Source: Candidatus Latescibacterota bacterium
GTDB lineage: Bacteria; Latescibacterota; UBA2968; UBA8231
NCBI GenBank assembly: GCA_965217585.1
Contig: OZ244561.1
Location: forward strand, 6,592,001 to 6,656,000
Direction of reading: 5' to 3'
DNA length: 64,000 bases
The notes under the pieces are model-generated. The model ran no database searches, was not told where the DNA came from, and saw only the letters and a list, made by a program, of their open reading frames with translations. A program made the position numbers and the translations under genes. Of this stretch, positions 22,801 to 29,702 are shown in pieces; the stretch's first letter is position 1; each line of letters starts with the position of its first letter.

Positions 22801-23185
22801 GCGTCGCATCCGCGATTTCCGTGTCTGTGGTCCCGTCGGATCTTATCCACTGGTAAGTGAACGTCGCCTCGCCTAGGCCGTCCTCGTCCGCAATCTCCGA
22901 CACCGAAGCCGTCAGCGTCTCCCCGACCCGTGCCATCCCGGCAATCGAGGGCACTCCGGTCGCTTGAGCGTCGACAGCCGGAGCAAGCAGTAGCAAAATG
23001 GTGATAACCCCAAGTTTAAGATGGGAAGTCGCCACTACGCCCTTGCACGGAAACCGCATTTCCATGAGTTGCTCTCTTGCAACATAGCGTCTTGCTCCGT
23101 GGGCTGGGCTAACTTGTCGGAGATGGAAACGAGGCACAGTCATGGCCTCGGCGATAGCTGAAGCGATATGAGCTAAGTTCTTCAC
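19865..23185 (-). CDS. large secreted modular surface protein (Ig-like, Calx-beta, FN3, C-terminal FlgD-Ig sorting-type domain)
   Basis: Signal-like LLLLAPAVDAQ; Calx-beta TVDWTTVDGTATAGEDY...ETFTLRLSN; FN3 VTLTWDDPGDDSITGY...YTYRIKAIN; C-terminal NAPNPFNAST...IYNLLGQPVRTLV...WDARD...GMYLVRL. Confidence 0.85.
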   Translation of the reverse strand: MKNLAHIASAIAEAMTVPRFHLRQVSPAHGARRYVAREQLMEMRFPCKGVVATSHLKLGVITILLLLAPAVDAQATGVPSIAGMARVGETLTASVSEIADEDGLGEATFTYQWIRSDGTTDTEIADATQASYTLVSADQGKTIKVRTTFIDDGGTEETTKAVSVVTLDDTVGDGGETFTLRLSNASGATLADAETTGTIIDDDGSSSVAWDPITDMAIMLVDPNIRDGLEGLSDELQARRAHSYGLMGVGGSLAGVGVTAGEKVNFRTYSSAAAGIGSVRLELTGPQNISRTDNTAPYTLFEDIIGRSLPAGSYQLRATPYPEADLGGTPGTTHTASFTLVTDTTPPSVSVMCGDGTPDSDSRTEVNIEISEPVLGGFGRNDIEFNNIRLPRLWLVISSRLAFGWIYTFSVEPEPAGGETTITFPAGITTDEVGNPNTASEPLHIARNRKVSVGDASATEGTDAKVDFVVTLDARNDCETVTVDWTTVDGTATAGEDYTAASGTLTFGPGETGKTVRIAVLNDAEDDSGETFTLRLSNASGATLADAEATGTISDGESPVVSMLRIDGVPQVGNTLRVSFDEQQAASGKRRAASGALAYQWLRGSEVIAGATASTYVVTVADVGARLSVRVESGDGSITNAATAPVWSAPANPPLEDGEEELLSTTMTLGWHQFPLWVAGYGRVRGESFGEMDVTSFEDGGATYVIDAFLVNSRGVFGLATGSTRPDASGLVAYWNGYRISGLEAYTSNSGKSPPMLMGHTPQPSTEYSRYEGGASDGIRVAVSLRRAGPPDEPPPLTASFVDMPEAHDGERAFTFRIAFSEPLSLMNGRRLREDVVAVAGGRATAAGRVNRRRDLWQLTVEPDSPADVTVTLAAGAACGTPAAVCTKDGQALSETISATVAGPPASAPDQPTGLSATATHGSVTLTWDDPGDDSITGYVILRRVRVNDTGGDFDVLVADTGTAATTYTDNTVAASTTYTYRIKAINGAGTSERSRWFHIDTPAAPASKPAVADGPPGLAPNAPNPFNASTLIPYRLDVDGPVRLEIYNLLGQPVRTLVDQYQDAGFYKVRWDARDRRGALVSAGMYLVRLHYPGGMQTQRLLYLK

Positions 23186-23274
23186 GATAAATCTCCTTTT
23201 AAAGAGGTTTGTGGGGTGATTCCCCTTTCACAGAGGGTGGTTGACGAGCGCCGGTGCCCGGTTCAATCCCGGCC

Positions 23275-23514
23275 GAGGTCGTGTTTCTTCAACAGAGACG
23301 ACCTCCAACGCATCGTTTCGTATCGGTCGTGAAAATAGCGTGCTAAGGGGATAGCGAACGTTTGCTAATAAAGGACAAACGTTTATAGCAGGTCGCAGAA
23401 CAAGGGCGACCTTCGGCCCCTCGGTCCTTGGCAAAGAACCGAGCAGGCGCGGCCAAACAGACGTTGGCCGCAGTATGGAGCTAGTGGATCTTAGAGAATC
23501 GGGGGGGGGGGGGG
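23275..23514 (-). other. tandem hairpin array plus G14/C14 tract in the upstream region of the surface-protein gene
   Basis: Stems 23275-82/23298-305, 23357-64/23376-83, 23390-96/23406-12, 23420-25/23438-43, 23449-56/23464-71; G x14 at 23501-23514. Confidence 0.55.
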
Positions 23515-23941
23515 TAAATTATTGTTTTTAAACGACTTATGAAATTATACTTGTCGTCCAAAGCTCGGGACTGGACGCTACCTGGGGCCACCGCACCAAG
23601 CGCTGTCCTATCAAATGTCGGGTTATGGACCATTTTCTATTTTGACATCAGCCAATATGAAGATGAATACGTGTGAGGCTGCTATAATACAACATAAATC
23701 GAGGTTTGTGTCAAGCACGCAGCACAATCGGTCGTGCTCAGGCGGAGTGTATCAGCGCATCGCCCCACCGATTGCATCCCTCTAGGCAATGCCGCGCTAT
23801 ACGACGCTTCTAACCACTAAGCCAGCACGGAAATTTTAACTGATGTTACGCGGTCGGCTTATCCCCTAAAGGTCTCATTTATGGGTTGTGCCCGATACAG
23901 TCTCACTCTGCACAGCCCCGTCCGTCCCGCTGCACTTGGCC

Positions 23942-23958
23942 TTGGCATGGATATTGCA
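23942..23958 (+). promoter_or_regulatory. sigma54 promoter upstream of the Rpn gene
   Basis: TTGGCAT-GGATA-TTGCA. Confidence 0.6.
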
Positions 23959-24013
23959 ATTAGGAATCATAAATAGACCCAACCGCCCCCAGTTCGGACG
24001 GCTTGGCAAGCTC

Positions 24014-24048
24014 TAATTCCTAATTCTCAATTCTCAATTCCTAATTCC
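24014..24048 (+). repeat. 5 x heptamer YAATTCY tandem repeat
   Basis: TAATTCC TAATTCT CAATTCT CAATTCC TAATTCC, ending 12 nt before the Rpn ATG. Confidence 0.85.
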
Positions 24049-24060
24049 CGATGGATCGCC

Positions 24061-24936
24061 ATGGCCGAATTCGACACGATTTCTAAGCACCTCATCCACA
24101 CCTACCCCCACGACTTCGCCCGCTTCGCTCTCCAGCAAGACGACCTTGAGGTGCTCGACGTCATCGACACCGAACAACCCACCGTCGAAGCCCACCGCAC
24201 CGACAGCCTCATCCGCGTGCGTATCAACGACGAGGAGGCGTTGGTTCATCACGAATTTCAAACCACCGACAGCAAACCACCCATGCCGCACCGCATGGCT
24301 GGCTATATCGGGCGCGGTATCGAACAACACGGCCTGCCGATCTATTCCAACGTCATCTATTTGCGTCCCGACGCCGGCCGCACCGATCCGGGACACTACC
24401 TCCAAGAGCGGCACGGCTTCCGTGTCCTGGTGCAATACCAAGTGATTCGGCTGAGTGAACTAGACGGCCAACGCATGCTCGACGCGGGGCACTCGGGCTT
24501 GCTCCCCTTTGCGCCGTTGATGCAGCGGCCAGTGGGGGTGGATGCGGCGGCGTGGTTGCGCCAGTGTGTGAACCGGGCGCAGCAGGTGCCGATGGACGAG
24601 ACCCTCAAGGCGAATTACTTGGCCGATCTTGCCATTCTAAGCGGTTTGGTGTATAGATTAGAAACGATTATGACCATCATATCGGAGGCGACCATGTACG
24701 AATCGTCGGTAGTGCAGTATTTCACGGAAAAGGGCATCGAGCGGGGAGGCCGCGAACGCGCCGTTGAAGATCTGCTCGACGTGCTAGAGATTCGCTTTGG
24801 GCTGGCCGCGTCGGATCCGTTGGCCGACCGTATTGGGGCCATTGACGATGTGCAGCGTCTCAAGCAGTTGCATCGGGCGGCCATACAGGTGCCGAGCCTC
24901 GAAGCCTTTAGCAACCTGTTAGATACCGCCGAGTAG
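24061..24936 (+). CDS. Rpn/YhgA-like PD-(D/E)XK nuclease family protein
   Basis: FDTISKHL, RTDSLI...HHEFQT, MPHRMAGY, LLPFAPLM, C-terminal LEIRFG...I.D.QRLKQLHRAAI. Confidence 0.8.
   Translation: MAEFDTISKHLIHTYPHDFARFALQQDDLEVLDVIDTEQPTVEAHRTDSLIRVRINDEEALVHHEFQTTDSKPPMPHRMAGYIGRGIEQHGLPIYSNVIYLRPDAGRTDPGHYLQERHGFRVLVQYQVIRLSELDGQRMLDAGHSGLLPFAPLMQRPVGVDAAAWLRQCVNRAQQVPMDETLKANYLADLAILSGLVYRLETIMTIISEATMYESSVVQYFTEKGIERGGRERAVEDLLDVLEIRFGLAASDPLADRIGAIDDVQRLKQLHRAAIQVPSLEAFSNLLDTAE
24694..24936 (+). CDS. putative in-frame internal small protein (RpnS-like antitoxin)
   Basis: GGAGG at 24684-24688, ATG 24694, giving MYESSVVQYF... (80 aa). Confidence 0.5.
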   Translation: MYESSVVQYFTEKGIERGGRERAVEDLLDVLEIRFGLAASDPLADRIGAIDDVQRLKQLHRAAIQVPSLEAFSNLLDTAE

Positions 24937-24974
24937 GGGCACGGCGTAACGTCAGATTTTAAGAACGCTTCTCA

Positions 24975-25906
24975 GAGGCTGTCTGAAAACCCTTGCTGTA
25001 GCCCGTATTTGAATCGGCGTACTCATCGGGCCATATTCAGGTTTCGCTACAAAATCTGAACAGAAAGGCTCGTATGATGAGTACGCCTAGTGGCCAATAT
25101 GCCACCGATGTAACCGATGCGCAATGGCGGCGGATCGAACCGTTGCTGCCGGCTTCGACTTGGCAACCGAACGGTCCGGGTCGGCCGCCGCGGGATCAAC
25201 GCCAGATGGTCAACGGCCTTTTGTATTTGACCAAGACCGGGTGTCCTTGGGCGCTGCTGCCTTCTTGCTTTGGGCCGTGGAAAACGGTGTATGATTACTT
25301 TCGTCGCTGGAGTCTACAAGGGGTCTGGCCACAGGTATTGGATCGACTCACCCAGCGAGAACGCCGCCTTAACGGACGGGCCCCTCAGCCGTCGGCTGGT
25401 TGTGTCGATAGTCAGACGATCAAGACGGCAACCCACGGTAAAACAACCGGTTATGACGCCGGCAAAAAGATCCAAGGACGTAAACGTCATCTGTTGGTCG
25501 ACACCTCGGGCTTGCTTAGAGAGGTGGTGGTCACCGCCGCCGATGTAGACGATCGCGACGGCTTGAAGCAGGTGTTGACCCGCTATAGTACTCCCGACGT
25601 ACCCCGGTTACGCAAACTGTGGGTCGATGGCGGCTATCGAGGCGATCCGATCCGAACGTGGGTGGCCAACCTAAAAAAGACGCACAAAATAGACTTGGAA
25701 GTCGTCGCCAAACAAGGCGGCGGATTTACCGTAGTCAAACGTCGTTGGGTCGTCGAGCGCACGTTTGCGTGGTTGATGAATTTTCGCCGCCATGCCCGAG
25801 ATTATGAGGTGTTGACCCGCCATAGCGAGGCCTTGATTCAGATTGCCATGATCCACTTGCTACTCAAACGGATCAAATAGAAAAAATGGAGTTTTCAGAC
25901 AGCCTC
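24975..25906 (+). mobile_element. IS5-family insertion sequence (IS1031-like), 932 bp
   Basis: 16-bp TIR GAGGCTGTCTGAAAAC / GTTTTCAGACAGCCTC; TCA target duplication at 24972-74 and 25907-09. Confidence 0.92.
25074..25880 (+). CDS. IS5-family DDE transposase
   Basis: YATDVTDAQW, VDSQ, GYDAGKKIQGRKRHLLVD, VDGGY, RWVVERTFAW. Confidence 0.95.
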   Translation: MMSTPSGQYATDVTDAQWRRIEPLLPASTWQPNGPGRPPRDQRQMVNGLLYLTKTGCPWALLPSCFGPWKTVYDYFRRWSLQGVWPQVLDRLTQRERRLNGRAPQPSAGCVDSQTIKTATHGKTTGYDAGKKIQGRKRHLLVDTSGLLREVVVTAADVDDRDGLKQVLTRYSTPDVPRLRKLWVDGGYRGDPIRTWVANLKKTHKIDLEVVAKQGGGFTVVKRRWVVERTFAWLMNFRRHARDYEVLTRHSEALIQIAMIHLLLKRIK

Positions 25907-25957
25907 TCAGAAGAATATCTTGTGCAGCAGGCGCAGGTTGCGGCCTGGCTCGGGCAG
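25905..25957. repeat. 53-bp direct repeat, copy 1 (duplicate of the TonB receptor 3' end)
   Basis: TCTCAGAAGAATATC...CTCGGGCAG, identical to 26465-26517. Confidence 0.9.
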
Positions 25958-26069
25958 ATACCCCAAGGCCGCTCGACCGCTCTTCCTCAATTATATCCCT
26001 GTGGCGTTTGGTCAATTGCTCGTTTTCATCGGCCAGCCAAATCCACAGGTGAGTATCCAGAATAATCAC
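25958..26069 (-). pseudogene. VapC/PIN toxin, 3'-truncated
   Basis: MIILDTHLWIW...GLGVS breaks off at the 53-bp repeat. Confidence 0.8.
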
Positions 26070-26284
26070 TTCAGCAGTTCCCAGTCCTCTTTAGCTACTG
26101 GCTCCGTCGGATCCAGATATTCTATGACCTTACCTCGCAGCGGTGACGGCGTCCCGGGATGGTGGACGGTTTCCTGCGACAATATAATTACCTCTACCTC
26201 ATCCCCTTCTTGAAAAGGAAGGGCATTCAGTTTCAGTTCACCGTTTGCGGCGATCTTTTTTTCTACGCGATAGGCTTTCATCAC
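26066..26284 (-). CDS. VapB-type antitoxin
   Basis: LPFQEGDEVEVII...PLRGKVIEYLDPTEPV..EDW; 4-bp overlap with the PIN start. Confidence 0.7.
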   Translation of the reverse strand: MMKAYRVEKKIAANGELKLNALPFQEGDEVEVIILSQETVHHPGTPSPLRGKVIEYLDPTEPVAKEDWELLK

Positions 26285-26466
26285 TCACCTCTCTAAAGAT
26301 TGGCTACGACTAATCTAGCCGAAGATAGAGTACATAATCTGGATCGCAATTTCAATTACCGATCAGCGACCGTCCCTCCTTCACTACCGAGGTCACGGGC
26401 CAGATCTGTTTGGTGTGCTACACCCTGTGCAATCCCATCGTCCAGTGGGTGAATCCAGACGAATTC

Positions 26467-28686
26467 TCAGAAGAATATCTTGTGCAGCAGGCGCAGGTTG
26501 CGGCCTGGCTCGGGCAGGATCTCTTTGACGCGGTTGAGGTGGTTGCGGTACACCGCGCCAGTGGCGTTTTCCAAGGTCAGAGAGAAGGTATGCAGCCGTC
26601 CCCCCCACTCCGCATAGTACTGACTCGAAAAATCCAGCACCGCGTAGCCCTCCGTAGGCTTTTCAAACTCGCCGATCTGGTTCTGCTCCGCCGCTAGGCG
26701 CAGATATACCGTCGCACTCAGCGCCTCGGTGGGTTCGCAGGTCAGGCCTAGGTGCCCTTGCAGGGGCGGCAGACGCGACAGGGGTTCGTCGTTGAGGTCG
26801 ATGAGACGGCCGCGCACATAGCTGAGGGTGCCAGCCACCTTCCAAGGCTCCGCTAGATGCCAATCGAAGTTGGCTTCGGCACCGTGCATGAGGACGCGCT
26901 CCCCCACGGTCCGGTAGAGGAAAAGATCGGCGCGCCGCAAGCTGCGCTCGCCGCTGTTCTTGGGGAAAATGTACCCGTCAATGGCGTTGCGAAAGACGGC
27001 CAAGTGCAGATGGCCTTCTTCGAGGTGGTAGTCGGCGAACAGTTCCAGTCCCAAGCCGCGTTCGCTGCCGAGGGCACCATTGCCCACCTCGTACGAATAA
27101 GCGGCCAAATGCGGCCCTTCTGAAAACAACTCTTCGATGCCGGGCGCGCGAAAGGTGCGCATCAAGGTCGTGCCCAGCGTCAGACCCGAGCTGGCGCGGT
27201 AGTGGTTGGACAGGCCGGCAGACATACCGGCAAAGTCGCGCGTCTGGATGCGGCCGACCCGCCGCGAGTCGCGTTCCTCGTGCGGCTCGATGCGGCGGGC
27301 GTCAACGCGCAAGGCCGCGTTGACCGCCCAAGGATCCTTCTCCCACTCTTGGTACGTGAACAAAGCGCCGGCGTATTCCTCGGCCGGCGGCGTGAAGTTA
27401 AGCCCGGCCGCGGCATAATTGCGGTACTCGTACCACAGGCCAATCGCGCCGTTTGCAAAAGGCCCCATGCGATCCAAGTGGGCCAGAGCGCCGCTGTTGT
27501 GCGTGAGCACGCCGAACTCCATCCCCAAGTCGCCACTAGCTTCGAATTCGCCGTGCTGATAGCGCGAAAACGAGTGATGCAACTCTAGGCGCTGAAGCCA
27601 GTCTGGCCCGGTGACAACTTCGCCGCGCCCTTCGAGGTGCTGGCGCTGAAGATCAATGGATACACCGTCCGGGTGGCCGCCCTCCGGGTCGGGAGGAATG
27701 CCGTAGTCGGAATCGTACAAACTGCCAGACGCGCCCACATGCCCCCAGGGACGCACCAGACTCAGGCCGACCGAAGCATTGCCCGTGCGGATGTCCGTAT
27801 TGGCGAGTTTCCCGTGCGGCGTGGCGATATCGTCGGCATTGCGCAGACTGCTGTCGAAGCGCAAGGCCAGTGGGCCGAGCCCCTGTTCGAGGGTTAGGCC
27901 GCCGGACAAACCTCGGTTGACGCTCTCCCCCTGATAGGTCACCGAGCCTCCCAAGCCATCGGGCCGCTCGGAGGGCACGTACCCCCGCACCACGTTGACG
28001 ACCCCGGCCAAGGCATTGGAGCCGTAGAGCAAGGTGCGGGGGCCGCGCACGACCTCGATGCGCTCGGTGGTCATCGGCTCAATGGCCACCGCGTGGTCCG
28101 AGGAGGTACCGGACAAATCGCCAGTGCGCTCGCCATCTTCGACCACCAGCAAGCGGTCGCCGCCCAGCCCGCGCAGCACCGGACGCGCGGGAGCTGGCCC
28201 CATCGAGCGCTGGGCAATGCCCGGCTCGTAGTCGATGGTCTCGGCGATGGTGCGGCTCAAATTCTGCCGCAGCTTGCTGCCGCTGAAGACAACTTCGGGT
28301 GTTTGGAGTGGAGAAACAGGGCTCGTGCGTTCGCCTTCGACGAGAATCTCCTCTACGTGCAGGGCCCCGTGGCCGATAACCAGATCGACATGGGTGGTAT
28401 CTCCGGTGACGACCTCGACTTCAAAGCGCGCTTCGTGGTAGCCGACGTGTAGGCTTTGCAGGACGTACGCGCCGGGGGGTACGTTGGCGAAGAAGAAGTA
28501 CCCCTCGGCGTCGCTCATCCGCGCCCGTTCGAGCCCCTCAATGACGACAGTAGTCCAACCGACGGGTTGGCCGCTTTCGGCGTCAATCACGTGGCCGGCT
28601 AGCGAGCCAGTCTGGTTATCGTTACCGGAGGCGGGTCCTACCGCCAAGCTGACGAGGACAAGGGATAAGAAAACGTAGAAGCGCAA
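26467..28686 (-). CDS. TonB-dependent receptor (ZnuD-like metal uptake)
   Basis: Signal peptide, carboxypeptidase-like N domain, plug ARPVLRGL, DHAVAIEP, IEVVRGP, ELFSEGPH, terminal Phe. Confidence 0.9.
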   Translation of the reverse strand: MRFYVFLSLVLVSLAVGPASGNDNQTGSLAGHVIDAESGQPVGWTTVVIEGLERARMSDAEGYFFFANVPPGAYVLQSLHVGYHEARFEVEVVTGDTTHVDLVIGHGALHVEEILVEGERTSPVSPLQTPEVVFSGSKLRQNLSRTIAETIDYEPGIAQRSMGPAPARPVLRGLGGDRLLVVEDGERTGDLSGTSSDHAVAIEPMTTERIEVVRGPRTLLYGSNALAGVVNVVRGYVPSERPDGLGGSVTYQGESVNRGLSGGLTLEQGLGPLALRFDSSLRNADDIATPHGKLANTDIRTGNASVGLSLVRPWGHVGASGSLYDSDYGIPPDPEGGHPDGVSIDLQRQHLEGRGEVVTGPDWLQRLELHHSFSRYQHGEFEASGDLGMEFGVLTHNSGALAHLDRMGPFANGAIGLWYEYRNYAAAGLNFTPPAEEYAGALFTYQEWEKDPWAVNAALRVDARRIEPHEERDSRRVGRIQTRDFAGMSAGLSNHYRASSGLTLGTTLMRTFRAPGIEELFSEGPHLAAYSYEVGNGALGSERGLGLELFADYHLEEGHLHLAVFRNAIDGYIFPKNSGERSLRRADLFLYRTVGERVLMHGAEANFDWHLAEPWKVAGTLSYVRGRLIDLNDEPLSRLPPLQGHLGLTCEPTEALSATVYLRLAAEQNQIGEFEKPTEGYAVLDFSSQYYAEWGGRLHTFSLTLENATGAVYRNHLNRVKEILPEPGRNLRLLHKIFF

Positions 28687-28689
28687 GCC

Positions 28690-29190
28690 CTAGCCCTCCT
28701 CGTCGGCGTGGGAGTCCTCAGAGCCCGGACCGCCTTCTTCGACGTGGATTTCGATTTCCTTAGAGACGAAGTCGGCGTGGCCTCCGTGGCTGATTTTGAT
28801 GACGATGGTGGTCTGGCCTTCCTCCAAGCCGACGATGTGAAAAGCCCAAGCACCGTCTTCCTCGTGATGCTCGACTTCGGCAATGCTCTCGTCGGCAATT
28901 TCCCAATCGAGAGCGAAACCATCGTCTTCGTCTGGAGTGAAGAGGTCGCCGTCTTCGGCGATAAAGCGCACGGATAGCAGGGCTGTTTCCAGGCCGTGGC
29001 CCACTGTAATTTCGCCTTCTACTTCTCCGTTCTCGTAGCGGACGATCTCCTCGCCGCTGCTGCGAATAATCAGGCCAACGGCCTCGGCGTGTTCTTCTTC
29101 GTGCTCGGTATCGACGGGGTTATCGTCGCCACAGCCAGCAGTAAAGAGGGCCAGGGCGAAGATGCTCAACGCGGATATGCTTTTAAACAT
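28690..29190 (-). CDS. His/Glu-rich lipoprotein (putative metal-binding)
   Basis: Lipobox TAGC; EHEEEH, EHHEE and HGGHADF segments. Confidence 0.75.
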   Translation of the reverse strand: MFKSISALSIFALALFTAGCGDDNPVDTEHEEEHAEAVGLIIRSSGEEIVRYENGEVEGEITVGHGLETALLSVRFIAEDGDLFTPDEDDGFALDWEIADESIAEVEHHEEDGAWAFHIVGLEEGQTTIVIKISHGGHADFVSKEIEIHVEEGGPGSEDSHADEEG

Positions 29191-29324
29191 GGTGCTAGTC
29201 TCCAATGAGTTAGGCCGTCCACGCACACACCCCTAGGCGTTGCGCGCAGAACAGGGATAATGGTACGCGAAATGGATATAGAGAGGGGCACCCACGCACT
29301 GAGCGGTTTACAAGCGTGGATGCA

Positions 29325-29639
29325 CTAGCACCGAGGCGGGCCTCGATTGAGATGAGTAAAGCGAGGGGTAAAAAGAGGTAACGGTACTGTGCACAGAGCG
29401 GACGGACTTGGCTCAGAGGCATTCAGCGCCACGAGCACGAGCACCAAGCTCCCAAAAAGGAGCGATAGGCCGCTCTGCAACAGGTAGGCCGGGCAGTGCT
29501 CTGGCTCGACGAGGCCCTCGTGGAAGAGCTGGTGGCTGAAGGGTAGTCCGCCGATTACAGCCGCAAAGAGCACTGTCAGCGCCAGCAGGGCCAGCGGGTA
29601 TGCCGAGCCTATCGGGATGTCCGTTTTGCGCGTTAGCAT
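29325..29639 (-). CDS. DUF2946/CruR-like leader peptide
   Basis: TM segment - SHQLFH...EHCPA - TM segment - C-terminal RGPP, upstream of the TonB operon. Confidence 0.65.
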   Translation of the reverse strand: MLTRKTDIPIGSAYPLALLALTVLFAAVIGGLPFSHQLFHEGLVEPEHCPAYLLQSGLSLLFGSLVLVLVALNASEPSPSALCTVPLPLFTPRFTHLNRGPPRC

Positions 29640-29702
29640 GACCTTGGATTTTAGTATAGCGCTCCCCCTAAAAAAAGCAAATTCAAAAACTCGGGCCGTA
29701 GA

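Larger units (their letters stand above)
19763..24971. mobile_element. non-autonomous TIR-bounded cargo transposon (IS5-like ends, no DDE transposase)
   Basis: Perfect 15-bp TIRs GAAGCGTTCTTAAAA (19763-19777) and TTTTAAGAACGCTTC (24957-24971); TCA at 19760-19762 and at 24972-24974. Confidence 0.75.

Noticed and set aside
23230-23275. tRNA-like GGTTCAATCCC segment
   Set aside because: It resembles a T-loop, but I could not build an acceptor stem or cloverleaf around it.
23275-23471. Possible CRISPR or attC array
   Set aside because: The hairpins share no repeated sequence and have no regular spacers; no cas or integrase gene is present.
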